Shown: positions 10,508 through 21,950 of the stretch, in pieces | Layout: the number at the start of each line of letters is the position of its first letter | Position numbering within the stretch: the first letter of the stretch is position 1 | Source of the DNA: Squalus acanthias | Lineage: Eukaryota | Length of the DNA stretch: 64,000 nucleotides | Assembly (NCBI GenBank): GCA_030390025.1 | Contig: CM059432.1 | Span: 7,998,001 to 8,062,000, forward strand | Reading direction: 5' to 3' | Notes under the pieces: model-generated | Databases searched by the model: none | Told to the model about the DNA's origin: nothing | What the model saw: only the letters and a program-made list of their open reading frames with translations | Translations under genes and position numbers: made by a program

Positions 10508-12190
10508 AGGAGAGAAGAGGATCTGGTAAGAGGGAGGAGCTGAGGGAAATCCTTATTAGTCGGGAAAAGGTATTGGGGAAATTGATGGGACTGAAGGCTG
10601 AAAAATCCCCGGGGCCTGATGGACTGCATCCCAGAGTACTTAAGGAGGTGGCCTTGGAAATAGTGGATGCATTGACGATCATTTTCCAACATTCCTTAGA
10701 CTCTGGATCAGTTCCGATGGAGTGGAGGGTGGCCAATGTAACCCCTCTTTTTAAAAAAGGAGGGAGGGAGAAAGCAGGGAATTATAGACCGGTCAGCCTG
10801 ACATCGGTCGTGGGTAAAATGATGGAAGCAATTATTAAAGATGTCATAACAGACCATTTGGAAAGTGGCGACATGATAGGTCCAAGTCAGCATGGATTTG
10901 TGAAAGGGAAATCATGCTTGACAAATCTTCTGGAATTTTTTGAGGATGTTTCCAATAGGGTGGACAGGGGGGAACAAGTAGATGTGGTGTATTTGGACTT
11001 TCAGAAGGCCTTCGACAAGGTCCCACACAAGAGATTGGTGAGCAAAGTTAAAGCACATGGGATTGGGGGTAATGTGTTGACGTGGATTGAGAACTGGTTG
11101 GCACACAGGAAACAAAGAGTAGGAGTAAATGGGTACTTTTCAGAATGGCAGGCAGTGACCAGCGGGGTACCGCAGGGTTCGGTGCTGGGACCCCAGCTGT
11201 TTACATTATATATTAATGATTTGGACGAAGGGATTAAATGTAATATCTCCAAATTTGCGGATGACACTAAATTGGGAGGCAGTGTGAACAATGAGGAGGA
11301 TGCTAGGAGGATACAGAGTGACTTGGACAGGTTGGGTGAATGGGCAAATGTATGGCAGATGAAGTACAATGTGGATAAATGTGAGGTTATCCACTTTGGT
11401 GGTAAAAATACAGAGGCGGACTATTACCTGAATGGTGGCAGATTAGGGAAAGGGGACGTGCAACGAGACCTGGGCGTCATGGTACATCAGTCACTGAAGG
11501 TGGGAATGCAAGTGCAGCAGGCAGTCAAGAAAGCAAACGGAATGATGGCCTTCATAGCAAGGGGATTTGAGTACAGGAGTAGGGAGGTGATGCTACAGTT
11601 GTACAGGGCCTTGGTGAGGCCACACCTGGAGTATTGTGCGCAGTTTTGGTCTCCTAACTTAAGGAAGGACATTCTTGCTATTGAGGGAGTGCAGCGAAGG
11701 TTCACTAGATTGATTCCTGGAATGGCCGGACTGACATATCAAGAAAGATTGGGTCAACTGAACTTGTATCCTCTGGAGTTCAGAAGAATGAGGGGGGATC
11801 TTATAGAGACATTTAAAATCCTGACTGGTTTAGACAAATTAGATGCGGGCAGAATGTTCCCAATGGTAGGGAAAACTAGAACCAGGGGTCACAGTCTAAG
11901 GATTAAGGGGAAGCCATTTAGGACTGAGCTGAGGAGGAACTTCTTCACCCAGAGAGTGGTGAATCTATGGAATTCTCTTCCACAGAAGGTTGTTGAGGCC
12001 AGTTCGCTAAATATATTCAAAAGGGAGTTAGATATAACACTCACAACTAAGGGGATCAAGGGGTATGGCGAGAAAGCAGGAATGGGGTACTGAGGTAGCA
12101 TGTTCAGCCATGAACGCATTGAATGGCGGTGCAGGCTCGAAGGACCGAATGGTCTACTCCTGTACCTATTTTCTATGTTTCTATGTTTCT
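10508..12190 (+). mobile_element. 5'-truncated young CR1 LINE
   Basis: Uninterrupted ORF2 frame, 3' UTR hairpin region, tail TTTCTATGTTTCTATGTTTCT. Confidence 0.95.
10573..12093 (+). CDS. CR1 ORF2 reverse transcriptase domain (5'-truncated, no endonuclease)
   Basis: 506 aa with [61 protein letters not shown]. Confidence 0.9.
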   Translation: MGKLMGLKAEKSPGPDGLHPRVLKEVALEIVDALTIIFQHSLDSGSVPMEWRVANVTPLFKKGGREKAGNYRPVSLTSVVGKMMEAIIKDVITDHLESGDMIGPSQHGFVKGKSCLTNLLEFFEDVSNRVDRGEQVDVVYLDFQKAFDKVPHKRLVSKVKAHGIGGNVLTWIENWLAHRKQRVGVNGYFSEWQAVTSGVPQGSVLGPQLFTLYINDLDEGIKCNISKFADDTKLGGSVNNEEDARRIQSDLDRLGEWANVWQMKYNVDKCEVIHFGGKNTEADYYLNGGRLGKGDVQRDLGVMVHQSLKVGMQVQQAVKKANGMMAFIARGFEYRSREVMLQLYRALVRPHLEYCAQFWSPNLRKDILAIEGVQRRFTRLIPGMAGLTYQERLGQLNLYPLEFRRMRGDLIETFKILTGLDKLDAGRMFPMVGKTRTRGHSLRIKGKPFRTELRRNFFTQRVVNLWNSLPQKVVEASSLNIFKRELDITLTTKGIKGYGEKAGMGY

Positions 12191-13439
12191 AAGTTAGGAA
12201 ACACTTCATTCATGCAAAGAGTGGTAGAAGTGTGTAACTCTCTCGCACAAAAAGCAGTAGATACTAGCTCAATTAATCATCTTAACTCTTAGCTCGATAG
12301 CTTTTTGCTAGCCAAGGGTATGAAGGGATATGGAGCCAAGGGAGGAGGCTGAGTTAGGATACAGATCAGGCATGATCTCATTGAATGGCGGAACAGGCTC
12401 GAGGGGCTGAATGGCCTCCTCCTGTTCCTATGCATCAATGAAGCCCTGAGTTTATTTTCCAGATGCTTAGAGTTAACTCCCGCTCGTGTGCTGAGAATAC
12501 TTGGCCGTCAGTTGCTTTGTTGTTAAGGGAATCGCCATGGCAGCCTGTTGCCCTTGTCCTGAGACACCACATCTCCACCAATCAGACCTTTTGGAGTGGA
12601 CTGTAAAGTGAATAATAGTTTATACTTTCCCCTTGTTCTGCTTCTCTGCCTGCAAGTGTAAAGGTTGTGGCAGAGAAGCGATTAAAGGAAGAGTAATGGG
12701 TTAAAAAGAATTGAGTTGCAAACCATTTTTGCAGCAATATCAAGAATAAGTTATTTCCTCGTTTTTTCTGAATTCTTTGCATTCCTTTCAGAGTTTCCAA
12801 TAGTTTCACTGGAAAGATTAGGCAGCGGTCTTGGCTCGAGCTCCCTTATATTTGAGCAGATGTCGTGCTTCAGAGGATGTGAGTAAAGTTCCTTCAGAGG
12901 CGATTTCCTGATGAGCAAAGTACAATGGATAATTGTGCAGCATTAACAAATGTCAGCCTTTCACTTCTCATTGCTAAGTACCGTAGTGTGAGCTGGCAAA
13001 ATGGACCCTCATACTTGGAACTACTGTAAGGTGCACTCCCTAAGGAGTAGCGCTTTGTATATCGATTGCGCGCTAACCCAGTGTTCATTGTTTTTTTCAG
13101 CGCACAGCCCATTCTCGAAATATTAGGACCCATTCTGTGTGAGAAAGCCGCTGAGCAGCCAATCAGAAAACCTGCAGTAATAGTGCTGGCTCATCTGATA
13201 AACCTCTTCATAGCCACATGAACGTTATAAATAATGCTCCGGGTGCCATTCTTGCTCTGCACCGAACACGTTGGAGTTGCAAGGCGTAGAAAAGTTTCAC
13301 TGATGAGGCACAAGGTGTAGAGAGGCTTGCTTCACTGATCAAAGTTACAAATGATGTGGAGATGCCGGTGTTGGACTGGGGTGGACAAAAGTGAGAAGTC
13401 GCACAACACCAGGTTATAGTCCAACAGTTTTATTTGAAA

Positions 13440-13476
13440 TCACAAGCTTTCGGAGCGCTGCTCCTTCGTCAGGTGA
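13440..13476 (-). ncRNA. Minimal type I hammerhead ribozyme motif
   Basis: Minus strand TCAC-CTGACGA-AGGAGC-AGC-GCTCC-GAAAGCTT-GTGA: stem I, CUGANGA core, stem II, GAAA with palindromic AAGCTT in place of stem III. Confidence 0.75.
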
Positions 13477-13635
13477 AGTGAAGAAATGCATATGGGCACA
13501 GCATATATAGACAGAGAACACTGCCAGACGATTACAGTTAATCTTTCTAACTGCCCGGCAGTTAGAAAGATTAACTGTAGTCGTCTGGCAGTGTTCTCTG
13601 ACTATATATGCTGTGCCCATATGCATTTCTTCACT

Positions 13636-13672
13636 TCACCTGCCGAAGGAGCAGCGCTCCGAAAGCTTGTGA
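13636..13672 (+). ncRNA. Hammerhead motif with core substitution (CTGCCGA), probably inactive
   Basis: Inverted copy of 13440-13476 with A>C in the CUGANGA box. Confidence 0.6.
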
Positions 13673-13717
13673 TTTCAAATAAAGCTGTTGGACTATAACC
13701 TGGTGTTGTGCGACTTC

Positions 13718-14240
13718 TCAAAGTTACAAATGGCATCGTGCGTGACTCTGCTCGTGGTGCACTATCCCTCCTCGTCCTTCTCAACCTCTCTGCAGCCTTT
13801 GGCACGGTTGACCACACCATCCTCCTCCAACGCCTCTCCTCCGTCGTCCAGCTGGGTGGGACTGCCCTCGCCTGGTTCCATCCTTATCTATCCAGTTGTA
13901 GCCGGAGAATCTCCTGCAACGGCTTCTCTTCCCGCTCCTGCACCGTTGCCTCTGGTGTCCCCCAAGGATCTATCCTTGCTCCCCTCCCCCAATTTCCCAT
14001 CTACTGGCTGCCCTTTGGCGTGACATCATCCAAAAAATATAGCGTTAGATTCCACACATACACTGACGACACCTCACCACCACCTCTCGCTGACCCCTCC
14101 ACTGCCTCTGATTTGTCACGTTGCTTGTCCGACATCCAATATTGAATGTACAGAAATTTCCTCCAGTTAATTATTGGGACGACCGAAGCCATTGTCTTCG
14201 GCCCCCGCCACAAACTCCGCTCCCTAGACACCGACTCCAT
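13718..14240 (+). mobile_element. L2 LINE RT fragment
   Basis: LLVLLNLSAAFGTVDHTILLQRL...LAWFHPYLS...SGVPQGSILAP...FHTYTDDT. Confidence 0.85.
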
Positions 14241-14244
14241 CGCT

Positions 14245-16600
14245 GGTTTGGCTGATGCCGGGCGAATTGTGCTGGAAATACCTGCCCCATGAGTATGCAC
14301 TCAAGCATCCTGAAGCCACCCCATGCTCAGACTGTAAAGGAATAGCCATATTCAGAAAAATACACCAGCCTATGAACAGAATTCTGACTTTATTAAAACA
14401 TGACAGACAGGGTTTAAAAATCTAAAAGCCTCAACAACACAAAGCTGTAAACACCATACAAGCTTTTGAGATAAAGATCAGTTGTTGACACTGAAACAAA
14501 AGCCTCATTGAAACAAATGGTTGGAGGTTCCTAGAAGTCTGAAGTTTTGGAATCCCCAGTTAAGATGTCATAAACCAACACTTTGAAATGAATCATATGC
14601 CTTCATAAATATGACATCAAATGAAACAGGAGACATAATTCTTAATACAACCAATTGAAATAGCTAGGAAAACAATCATGTACTCGGTTGAAGTGTTTAT
14701 AATTTACATGTAAAAAGATACAAACAGAAGACTTTCATAAATATGACATCAATAGATGCACCAAGCAATCACATTGTTTATGTGTTAAACTTGGAACAGA
14801 TAGGAGACACAAAGTCTGTTTAAAACCAGCTGAGGTGATTTAAGAATTGAATAGAAGACCTTCGTAAGAATGGCATCAAATAGATATATCTGTTATAACT
14901 GTTTTTTATGATAAGTTTTGAACACCTAAAGGTAGAGACACAAGTCTGCAAGTTAATGGCTGAATTGACAGTAAGAATAGAAAGAAGTCAACAGAAATAT
15001 AACTAGAGATAATTAGCTTACATCAGCAGGAAACTTCAAAGGATATACCACTGAAAAAAGGGTATAAAAGATTGGACTTTCAAATGGGAAAACAGAATTC
15101 GCTGGAAGGGGCAAGCGATTCTCAATTTCAGAGGCAAGCTCTGTAAGTTTTCAACTCTTTGAGTCTCGGGTGATCAAAGGTACTTGTATTTGATTTTGGT
15201 GGATATCCTGGATTAAGACTAAGTAGAAATGTAAAAATGTAACTAAGTTAAGGTTTGAGAATAAGGATCTCTGAGAATAAGAATTGTAAGCTATTTGTTT
15301 TAGAACTGTTAATGTTGCGACTGAATCACCAGCTGTTAACTACATGTCGGTTCTTTAATAAATCTATATATTTTTAGAATTGTCTCACATAGTACTTCTA
15401 TATCAAACTCGCGAACTCAATCTCTATACACTCTTTGGTGAGAGTTGCAGAATTTTCCGGACCCTCATAATTTCCGGAAGGTTGCAGTCTAGTTAAACTT
15501 ATTAAAATTGCTATCTGGAGGATGGTAACATCTTCAGGTCGTTCCTTTCCTTTAGGGAGAGATAGTCTGGACCTTTAGACCCAATTAAGCGTCTTATAGG
15601 ATTCGGCTATCTCTAACTTTAGTTGAAGGTGAACGTCTGGGGAATACGCCTGATCCGGGGTGGCCCGAAAAGGGGCTAGGACTAGTAATTATCCCTTCAA
15701 GACCTGGACTCATTAGCTGTAGATGCTAGTCCCGAGACCCACCTCGAGAGACCCACGAAGGAAGAGGCCCGCTCAACCATAAAGCAACTACAAAGTGGCC
15801 GGTCTTCTGGCCCCGGCCGTATGACCCCCGAACTTCTCAAATACACTATTGAGCCATTGAGCGCAGCACTGCATCAAATCTTTGTTCAGGTTTGGAGTTC
15901 TGGGAAGTTGCCAGTGGAATGAAGGGATCATTATCTCGCTCTATAAAGGAATAGGCCCACACACCGAGTTATAGACCAACAACCCTCCTTTCTGTTCCAG
16001 GAAATGTCTTTTCCTACATCCTACTTGCTCGGCTTGAGCCAGTCCTAACAAAGCACCATCGCCCTGAGCAATCATGTTTCACCGATGAGTGATCTACAGT
16101 GGACTTGCTCATACTTGCTCTCCGCCTATTGTCTGACATTCCTGGCAAATTCAAATGCAGCTGCAGGCGTGGACTTCAAGGCAGCCTTTGATTCTGTTGA
16201 GAGAGAGCCCTCTACGGAAGGCACCGGCTATCCTTGACATCCGCCTGAGTCTAACTCACGATCCACGTAATGATGCCGGAGTACGGTTCCGACAGGCGTC
16301 CCACAAGCCTGAGAGGTTCTGCACCAGAGTAAGGCAGGGATAGATCCTGGCTCCAACCCTGTCCTGTCATGCAATAGACCGCATCCTTGACTGCACCTCT
16401 GTAAATATCAGCGTTGCCGTCGATCAGATCTCTGTTTCCTGGATGACACGGATGATGTCGCCCTCTTCGGTCGCCCAATCTCAGAGACACAGCGAGGCAG
16501 CTGCCTTTGGGCTACTGATTTTTTATGAAAGTGCTGCAATAAAGGGTAGCCAGGTTGATGGAGAAAATGTGGAAGCAGTGGATTACTTCATCTACCTAGA
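14245..16600 (+). mobile_element. Decayed RTE-like LINE RT region, split by a solo LTR
   Basis: Frame runs across the LTR (HPEATPCSD|LDSLAVDAS...PTKEEARSTIKQLQSGRSSGPGRMTPELLK...YRPTTLLSVPG.VF..ILLARL...RPEQS.F); GVRQG-like motif near 16330. Confidence 0.65.
14333..15699 (+). mobile_element. Solo LTR (1367 bp), 4-bp TSD AGAC
   Basis: TG...CA ends; AGAC at 14329-14332 and 15700-15703; TATAAA 15063-15068; AATAAA 15357-15362; homologous to 37597-38731. Confidence 0.85.
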
Positions 16601-16604
16601 TATC

Positions 16605-17475
16605 CCAACGCGCTTTACAACCAATGAAGTGCGTTTTGAAGTGTAGTCACTGTTGCAATGTAGGAAACGCGGCTGCCAATTTGCACACAGCAAGCTCCCA
16701 CAAACAGCAATGCGATAATGACCACATAATCTGTTTTAGTGATGTTGGTTGAGGGATAAATATTGGCCAGGACTCCCCTGCTCTTCTTCGAATAGTGCTG
16801 TTGCATCTTTTACGTCCACCTGAGAGAGCAGACAGGGCCTCGGTTTAACATCTCATCTGAAAGACCGCACCTCCGACACTGTGGCACTCCCTCAGCACTG
16901 TGCTGGAGCATCAGGCTGCATTATGTGTTCAAGTCTCTGGAGTGGGATTTAATTTCTGGAGGAGAACACTTAACTTTTTTCTCCTGATAATAACAAACCT
17001 CTTCCTCATTTACAGCCAAGCACAGGGAATCGGAGTTGACTGCATTGACTCTCCTTCCATGCAGTCTGAACCTGTGCTTACTTGAGCATCTAATCTAGGC
17101 TGACACTCGGTACAACTGAGGGAGTGCTGCACTGTCGGAGGTACCGTCTTTCGGATGAGACGTTAAACCGAGGCCCCATCTGCTCTCTCAGGTGGACGTA
17201 AAAGATCCCAGGGCCACTATTTCGAAGAAGAGCAGGGGAGTTCTCCCCGGTGTCCTGGGCCAATATTTATCCCTCAACCAACATCACTGAAACAGATTAT
17301 CTGGTCATTATCACATTGCTGCTTGTGGGAGCTTGCTGTGCGCAAATTGGCTGCTGTGTTTCCCACATTACAACAGTGACTACACTTCAAAAAGTACTTC
17401 ATTGGCTGCAAAGCGCTTTGGGAAGTCCTGAGGTCGTGAAAGGCGCTATAGAAACGCAAGACTTTCTTTCTTGCC
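16605..17475. mobile_element. Two Deu-domain tRNA-SINE copies (16605-16930 minus; ~17090-17475 plus)
   Basis: Match the full copy at 44441-44880 (GGATGAGACGTTAAACCGAGG...AAAAGATCCC...GAAGAGCAGGGGAGTTCTCCC). Confidence 0.75.
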
Positions 17476-17489
17476 TTTTTTTCTCTGAA

Positions 17490-17600
17490 GGGTGATCTTC
17501 AGCCCCAAATAGAACGATCTTCCTCTGCTGCATCTCCTGCAGCAGGACCTCCAACTCTTCAGCATAAAAGGGAGCAGCATTGTTCATATGTCTTCATGCT
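17490..17600 (-). pseudogene. Relic of a Harbinger Myb/SANT N-terminus
   Basis: AAPFYAEELEVLLQEMQQRKIVLFG resembles the (R)..F...ELE.L...V..R..VLFG start of Myb/SANT-like trihelix domains. Confidence 0.5.
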
Positions 17601-17979
17601 ACCACTGTTCACAATCAGACCCCTTTCCTGTCACCACAATAACCTCCCATTTAACGGTGAATTGCAGCCCTTTAAGACCGGCTGCCAAATGTGCTACAAG
17701 CCAAGCTCTCTGGGAAAGCTTTTCATGTGTCAGGAAACTATTCTAATTCGGGGGAGGGTGTCCCTCCCCCCCCCCATTGTAAACTTTGGTGTAGACGGCT
17801 CCACCCTATACATTTAGGTGTCAGCCATGGCTCAGTGGGCACCACTCTCGCCTCCGTATCAGTGTGGTTGTGGGTTCATAGTCCTACTCTGGTTAGACTT
17901 GAGCACAAAAGATCCAGGCTGGAACTTCAGTCCAATACTGAGGGAGTGCTGCACTGTCAGGAGGTGCCATCTTTCGATG

Positions 17980-18385
17980 GGATGTGGGCATCACTGGCGA
18001 GGCCAGCATTTATTGCCCATCCCCAATTGCCCTAGAGACGGTGGTGGTGAGCCGCCTTCTTGAACCGCTGAGTGGCTCGCTAGGCCATTTCAGAGGGCAG
18101 TTAAAAGTCAACCACATTGCTGTGGGTCTGGAGTCACATACAGGCCAGACCGGGTAAGGACGGCAGATTTCCTTCCCTAAAGGACATTAGTGAACCAGAT
18201 GGGGTTTTATATAACAATCTGGTGGTTACATGGTCACCATTTTTATTTTTATTCCAGATTTATTTAACTGAATTGAATTTCCCTAATTGCCGCTGTGGAA
18301 TTTAAATTATCGCTCTAAAACTTGGATTACTTAGTCCAGGTCTACTTGGATTAGTAATCCAGTAACATAACCACTATGCTACCAT
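17980..18385 (-). mobile_element. tRNA-derived SINE (second family) sharing its tail with LINE family B
   Basis: Reverse complement of the SINE at 52035-53358; another copy ~43973-44280. Confidence 0.7.
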
Positions 18386-18719
18386 GGGAACTCGCTGTGT
18401 GTAAATTGGCCGCTGCATTTCCTACATTACAGCAGTGACTACACTTGGAAAAAAAAAAGTACTTCATTGGCTGTAAAGTGCTTTGGGACATTCTGAGGTC
18501 GTGAAAGGCGCCGTAGAAATGCAAGTTTTTCTTTCTATGCTGCCCGCATTTGTGCTATTCTCGCTTTAGCATGTACGCTAGCTCGAAAACACTGAGCAAA
18601 TTCAACCTCGAATGACCATTTCATTCATCTGGCAGATATTAAAGCTCATTTTTTTTTGTACTGGTTTAAGATGACAGGCCAATTACTTGCATAGGTTTTT
18701 TTTTGCCTTCCCGTTCCAG

Positions 18720-19165
18720 CAAGTACACAACATTCTGGAAAGAACACTTTAGTAGCTCATTTCCTAAAGTTGTGGTTGCATTGGCAGCCGGCCTCCGCTG
18801 CTTCTACCGTGGAGACCTTTAGAGTTTTCCATATATGGAGTGGGAATATGTGGCGTAGTTCTGTGCCTAATGGGGCTTCCACTCAGTGCAAGGGCGAAGA
18901 ATAAGTATGCACTTAGGTGGTTTGCACATCTGTGTGTATGTGTAAATTGCACATGTTATGGACCGAGCTGTGCTTCTGACATGCTGGAGGGTAATTACAA
19001 ACAGATTGCTTACACGGTCTGAAGAAATGTACAGTTTGACTGTTGACTGATGACAGCAGAAGAAAATGGTGCATCTGTTTCACTTTGCTTCAAGTGACAG
19101 CCTCAGCACTCCGAGACCACACTCTCTCCGTGTTGCCTTGGCAATAAAGGCTTTTTTTAATATCA
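18720..19165 (+). CDS. Probable terminal exon of an unidentified host gene (coding 18720-18752, QVHNILERTL*, if phase 0) plus 3' UTR
   Basis: Polypyrimidine acceptor TTTTTTTTTGCCTTCCCGTTCCAG ending 18719; tandem TAG TAG; ~390 nt non-repetitive sequence; AATAAA 19143-19148 then T-rich tract. Confidence 0.5.
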
Positions 19166-19595
19166 GCTTACTGGAACTGGTGCACAGGAACATAGGAACA
19201 GGAGGAGGCCATTGAGCCCCTCGATCCTGTTCAGCCATTCAATGCGATCATGGCTGATCTGTGACCTAACTCCACATATCCGCCGTTGCCCCATATCCCT
19301 TAATAGCTTTGGTTCACAAGAATCTATCGATCCCAGATTTAAAATTAACAATTGATCTAGCATCAACTGCTTTTGTGGAAGACAGTTCCCAACTTCTACC
19401 ACCCTTTGTGTATAGAAGTGTTTCCTAATTTCACTCCTGAAAGGTCTGGTTCTAATTTTTAGACTATGCCCCCTAGTCCCAGAAACCCCAACCAGCGGAA
19501 ATAGTTTCTCTCTCTCGACCCTATCTGTTCCCCTTAATATCCTGAAAACTTCGATCAAATCACCCCTTAACCTTCTAAATTCCAGAGAATACAAC

Positions 19596-19756
19596 CAATG
19601 TTCCCCGTAATTTTTTTTGGGGCAGTGTGGCCCCTTTAACGGGCTGTGCGGCCCATTCAAAAGTCCGCGCATGTGCGTTTATTTCAATTTAAAAGCCGGC
19701 TCACTGGCTGGGCGGGACCCCTGGAGCGCGGGCCATGCAGCTTAAAGACAACATTG
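19596..19756. mobile_element. hAT-type MITE (161 bp), 8-bp TSD AATACAAC
   Basis: TIR CAATGTT/AACATTG; AATACAAC at 19588-19595 and 19757-19764; host CR1 rejoins. Confidence 0.8.
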
Positions 19757-20003
19757 AATACAACCCTAATTTGTAATTTAACCCTTGGAGTCCGGGTATC
19801 ATTCTGGCCCATCTTCGCTGCACTCCCTCCAAGGCCAATATATCCTTCCTAAGGTGTGGTGCCCAGAACTGCTCACAGTGCTCCAGGTGTGGCCTAACCA
19901 GGGTTTTGTACAGTAGCAGCATAACTTCTAGCCTTTTCGATTATGTTCTGTATCTGTCCATGACATTTTACTGATCGATGTACCTGGACCCCCAAGTCTC
20001 TTT

Positions 20004-20062
20004 GGGGGAAAAATTCGTTAGTGACCATAACTAGAGACCCAAATGCACCAAATTTTTAGCCC
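20004..20062. mobile_element. 59-bp Harbinger-type mini-element, TSD TTT
   Basis: GGGGGAAAAATT...AATTTTTAGCCC; TTT at 20001-20003 and 20063-20065; host CR1 AAGTCTC-TTT-GGACCTCC rejoins. Confidence 0.75.
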
Positions 20063-21314
20063 TTTGGACCTCCACTGTTTCTAGCTTCTCACCATTTAGA
20101 ACGTACCCTGTTCTATCCTTTTTAGATCCAAAGTGGATGACCTCACACTTGCCTGCGTTGAAATCCATTTGCCACAGTTTTGCCCATTCACTTAATCTAT
20201 TAATATCTCTTTGTAATTTTATGCTTCCATCTACACTGCTTGCAATGCCGCCTACCTTTGGCACATGTGGGATGGAAATATGCAGGCAAGATTGTCACAT
20301 GTCTAGCCCTTCCTTTTCTGACGGTGGGGTAGATTTTAAACTTGCTGTCCTGGGTGTCAAACATGACTGTCGCCTGTCTAGGAACTGCTCACATTTTCAC
20401 ACAATCACACGTCGCAGAAAAGAGCCAGACTCGTTCCTTTTCCAAGGGGGTCCCGACGACCCCCCCCCCACCCGCCCCTCCCCAACCCCCTCCCTCCCAC
20501 CGCCAGATTGGCATATGTCCTCCGCCATTCGTGACCCCAGGGAAGGCGGACATCTGAGATGTACCCCATGTGGCGTGGTCACCCACAAACACCAGCAGGA
20601 TCAGCGCCGAGGGTCCACTTACGTGGATGTGAGCCCATGCGGATTTTTCTTTACCCTCGATGCTTGGATCAAAAGTTCCTTCCATTGCAAATAAAAAACG
20701 CCAAGTTGTGGGTCTTTGTGCCACAGCCCATTAATTCAGCAGAAACCTAAACAAAAGATTATTTCACATAAACGTTATTAGCCTTTAAAAGTGTGTTACT
20801 GTTTCCATCTGCAGTTTTGGCAGCAGCCTCACTGTAAATATGGAATAATTGGGAAGGATCTGGGGCTAGGATTTTCTGCTCAACTGTTTTTTGTTTCAAG
20901 AAGGTCTTCGACACAATGGGAGTGATTGAGAAGTTGAAATTCCAAACTTGTGTCAGAACTAGGTTTGAATGCTTTCATCTCGGCTTGACTGTGCTTGAGG
21001 TTCCCTCCCACACAGTGGGACTGCCAGGATTAGCAGTGAACAGAACTGTCCCTTCAAAAATGAATCCCTTTTTCTTCAGCTCCAACTACCTCACGCCAGT
21101 CGAGCCGGAGAATGGAATCAATCAGGGCTAAGGCAAAAAATGGAAATTTGCTATCAGACAAGGTCTGCCCGTTCTGTTGGTTGAAATATTTATGTATATA
21201 TTTTTTTGATGAGTATTTGTATCCACCGAGGTGATGGGTGGAGGACATTTCTATTTTGGGCATCTAGCAACAACATTACGCACTCCTCCACCAGGTGTGG
21301 CACAAAGCAGTCAA

Positions 21315-21950
21315 GCATAAATACTGTGGCAACAAGAGCAGGTCAGAGGCTAGGTATTCTGTGGCGAGTGTCTCACCTCCTGACTCCCCAAAGCCTTTCC
21401 ACCATCTATAAGGCACAAGTCAGGAGTGTGATGGAATACTCTCCACCTGCCTGGATGAGTGCAGCTCCAACAACACTCAAGAAGCTCAACACCATCCAGG
21501 ACAAAGCAGGCCCGCTTGATTGGCACCCCATCCACCACCTTATACATTCACTCCCTCCACCACCGGCGCACCGTGGCTGCAGTGTGTACCATCTACAAGA
21601 TGCACTGCAGCAACTCGCCAAGGCTTCTTCGGCAGCACCTCCCCAACCCGCGACCTCTTCCACCTAGAAGGACAAGGGCAGCAGGCACATGGGAACACCA
21701 CCACCTCCAAATTCCCCTCCAAGTCACACACCATCCTGACTTAGAAGTATATCGGGCCGATCCTTCATCGTCGCTGGGTCAAAATCCCGGAACTCCCTCC
21801 CTAACCGCACTGTGGGAGTACCTTCACCACACGGACTGCAGCGGTTCAAGAAGGCGGCTCACCACCACCTTCTCAAGGGCAACTAGGGATGGGCAATAAA
21901 TGCTGGCATTGCCAGCGACGCCCACATCCCATAAGCGAATAAAAAAAAAG
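21315..21950 (+). mobile_element. LINE family B 3' portion with A-rich tail
   Basis: HINTVATRAGQRLGILWRVSHLLTPQSLSTIYKAQVRSVMEYS-type motif; same tail as 6035-6695. Confidence 0.8.

Larger units (their letters stand above)
13354..13717 (-). mobile_element. Penelope-like element terminal fragment with inverted segment, inserted in an L2
   Basis: Flanked by direct repeat TCAAAGTTACAAATG (13339-13353 and 13718-13732); contains hammerhead motifs and a long inversion. Confidence 0.7.
13392..13720. repeat. 329-bp near-perfect palindrome (164-bp arms, centre 13556)
   Basis: 13392-13555 is the reverse complement of 13557-13720, with about 4 mismatches by eye. Confidence 0.95.
19185..20260 (-). mobile_element. 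CR1 LINE fragment carrying two nested MITEs
   Basis: [52 protein letters not shown]. Confidence 0.85.

Noticed and set aside
10573..12093. Retron, DGR or other novel RT system
   Set aside because: Typical CR1 ORF2 with 3' UTR and microsatellite tail; many decayed paralogues in the window
12792..12885. Internal coding exon upstream of the 18720 exon
   Set aside because: AG and GTGAGT sites exist, but the open frame ends in a phase incompatible with QVHNILERTL and the peptide is unrecognised
13414..13698. Two near-identical 70-aa ORFs on opposite strands
   Set aside because: A by-product of the palindrome
21070..21135. SH3-like SNYLTPV terminal exon
   Set aside because: Too short; no supporting upstream exon
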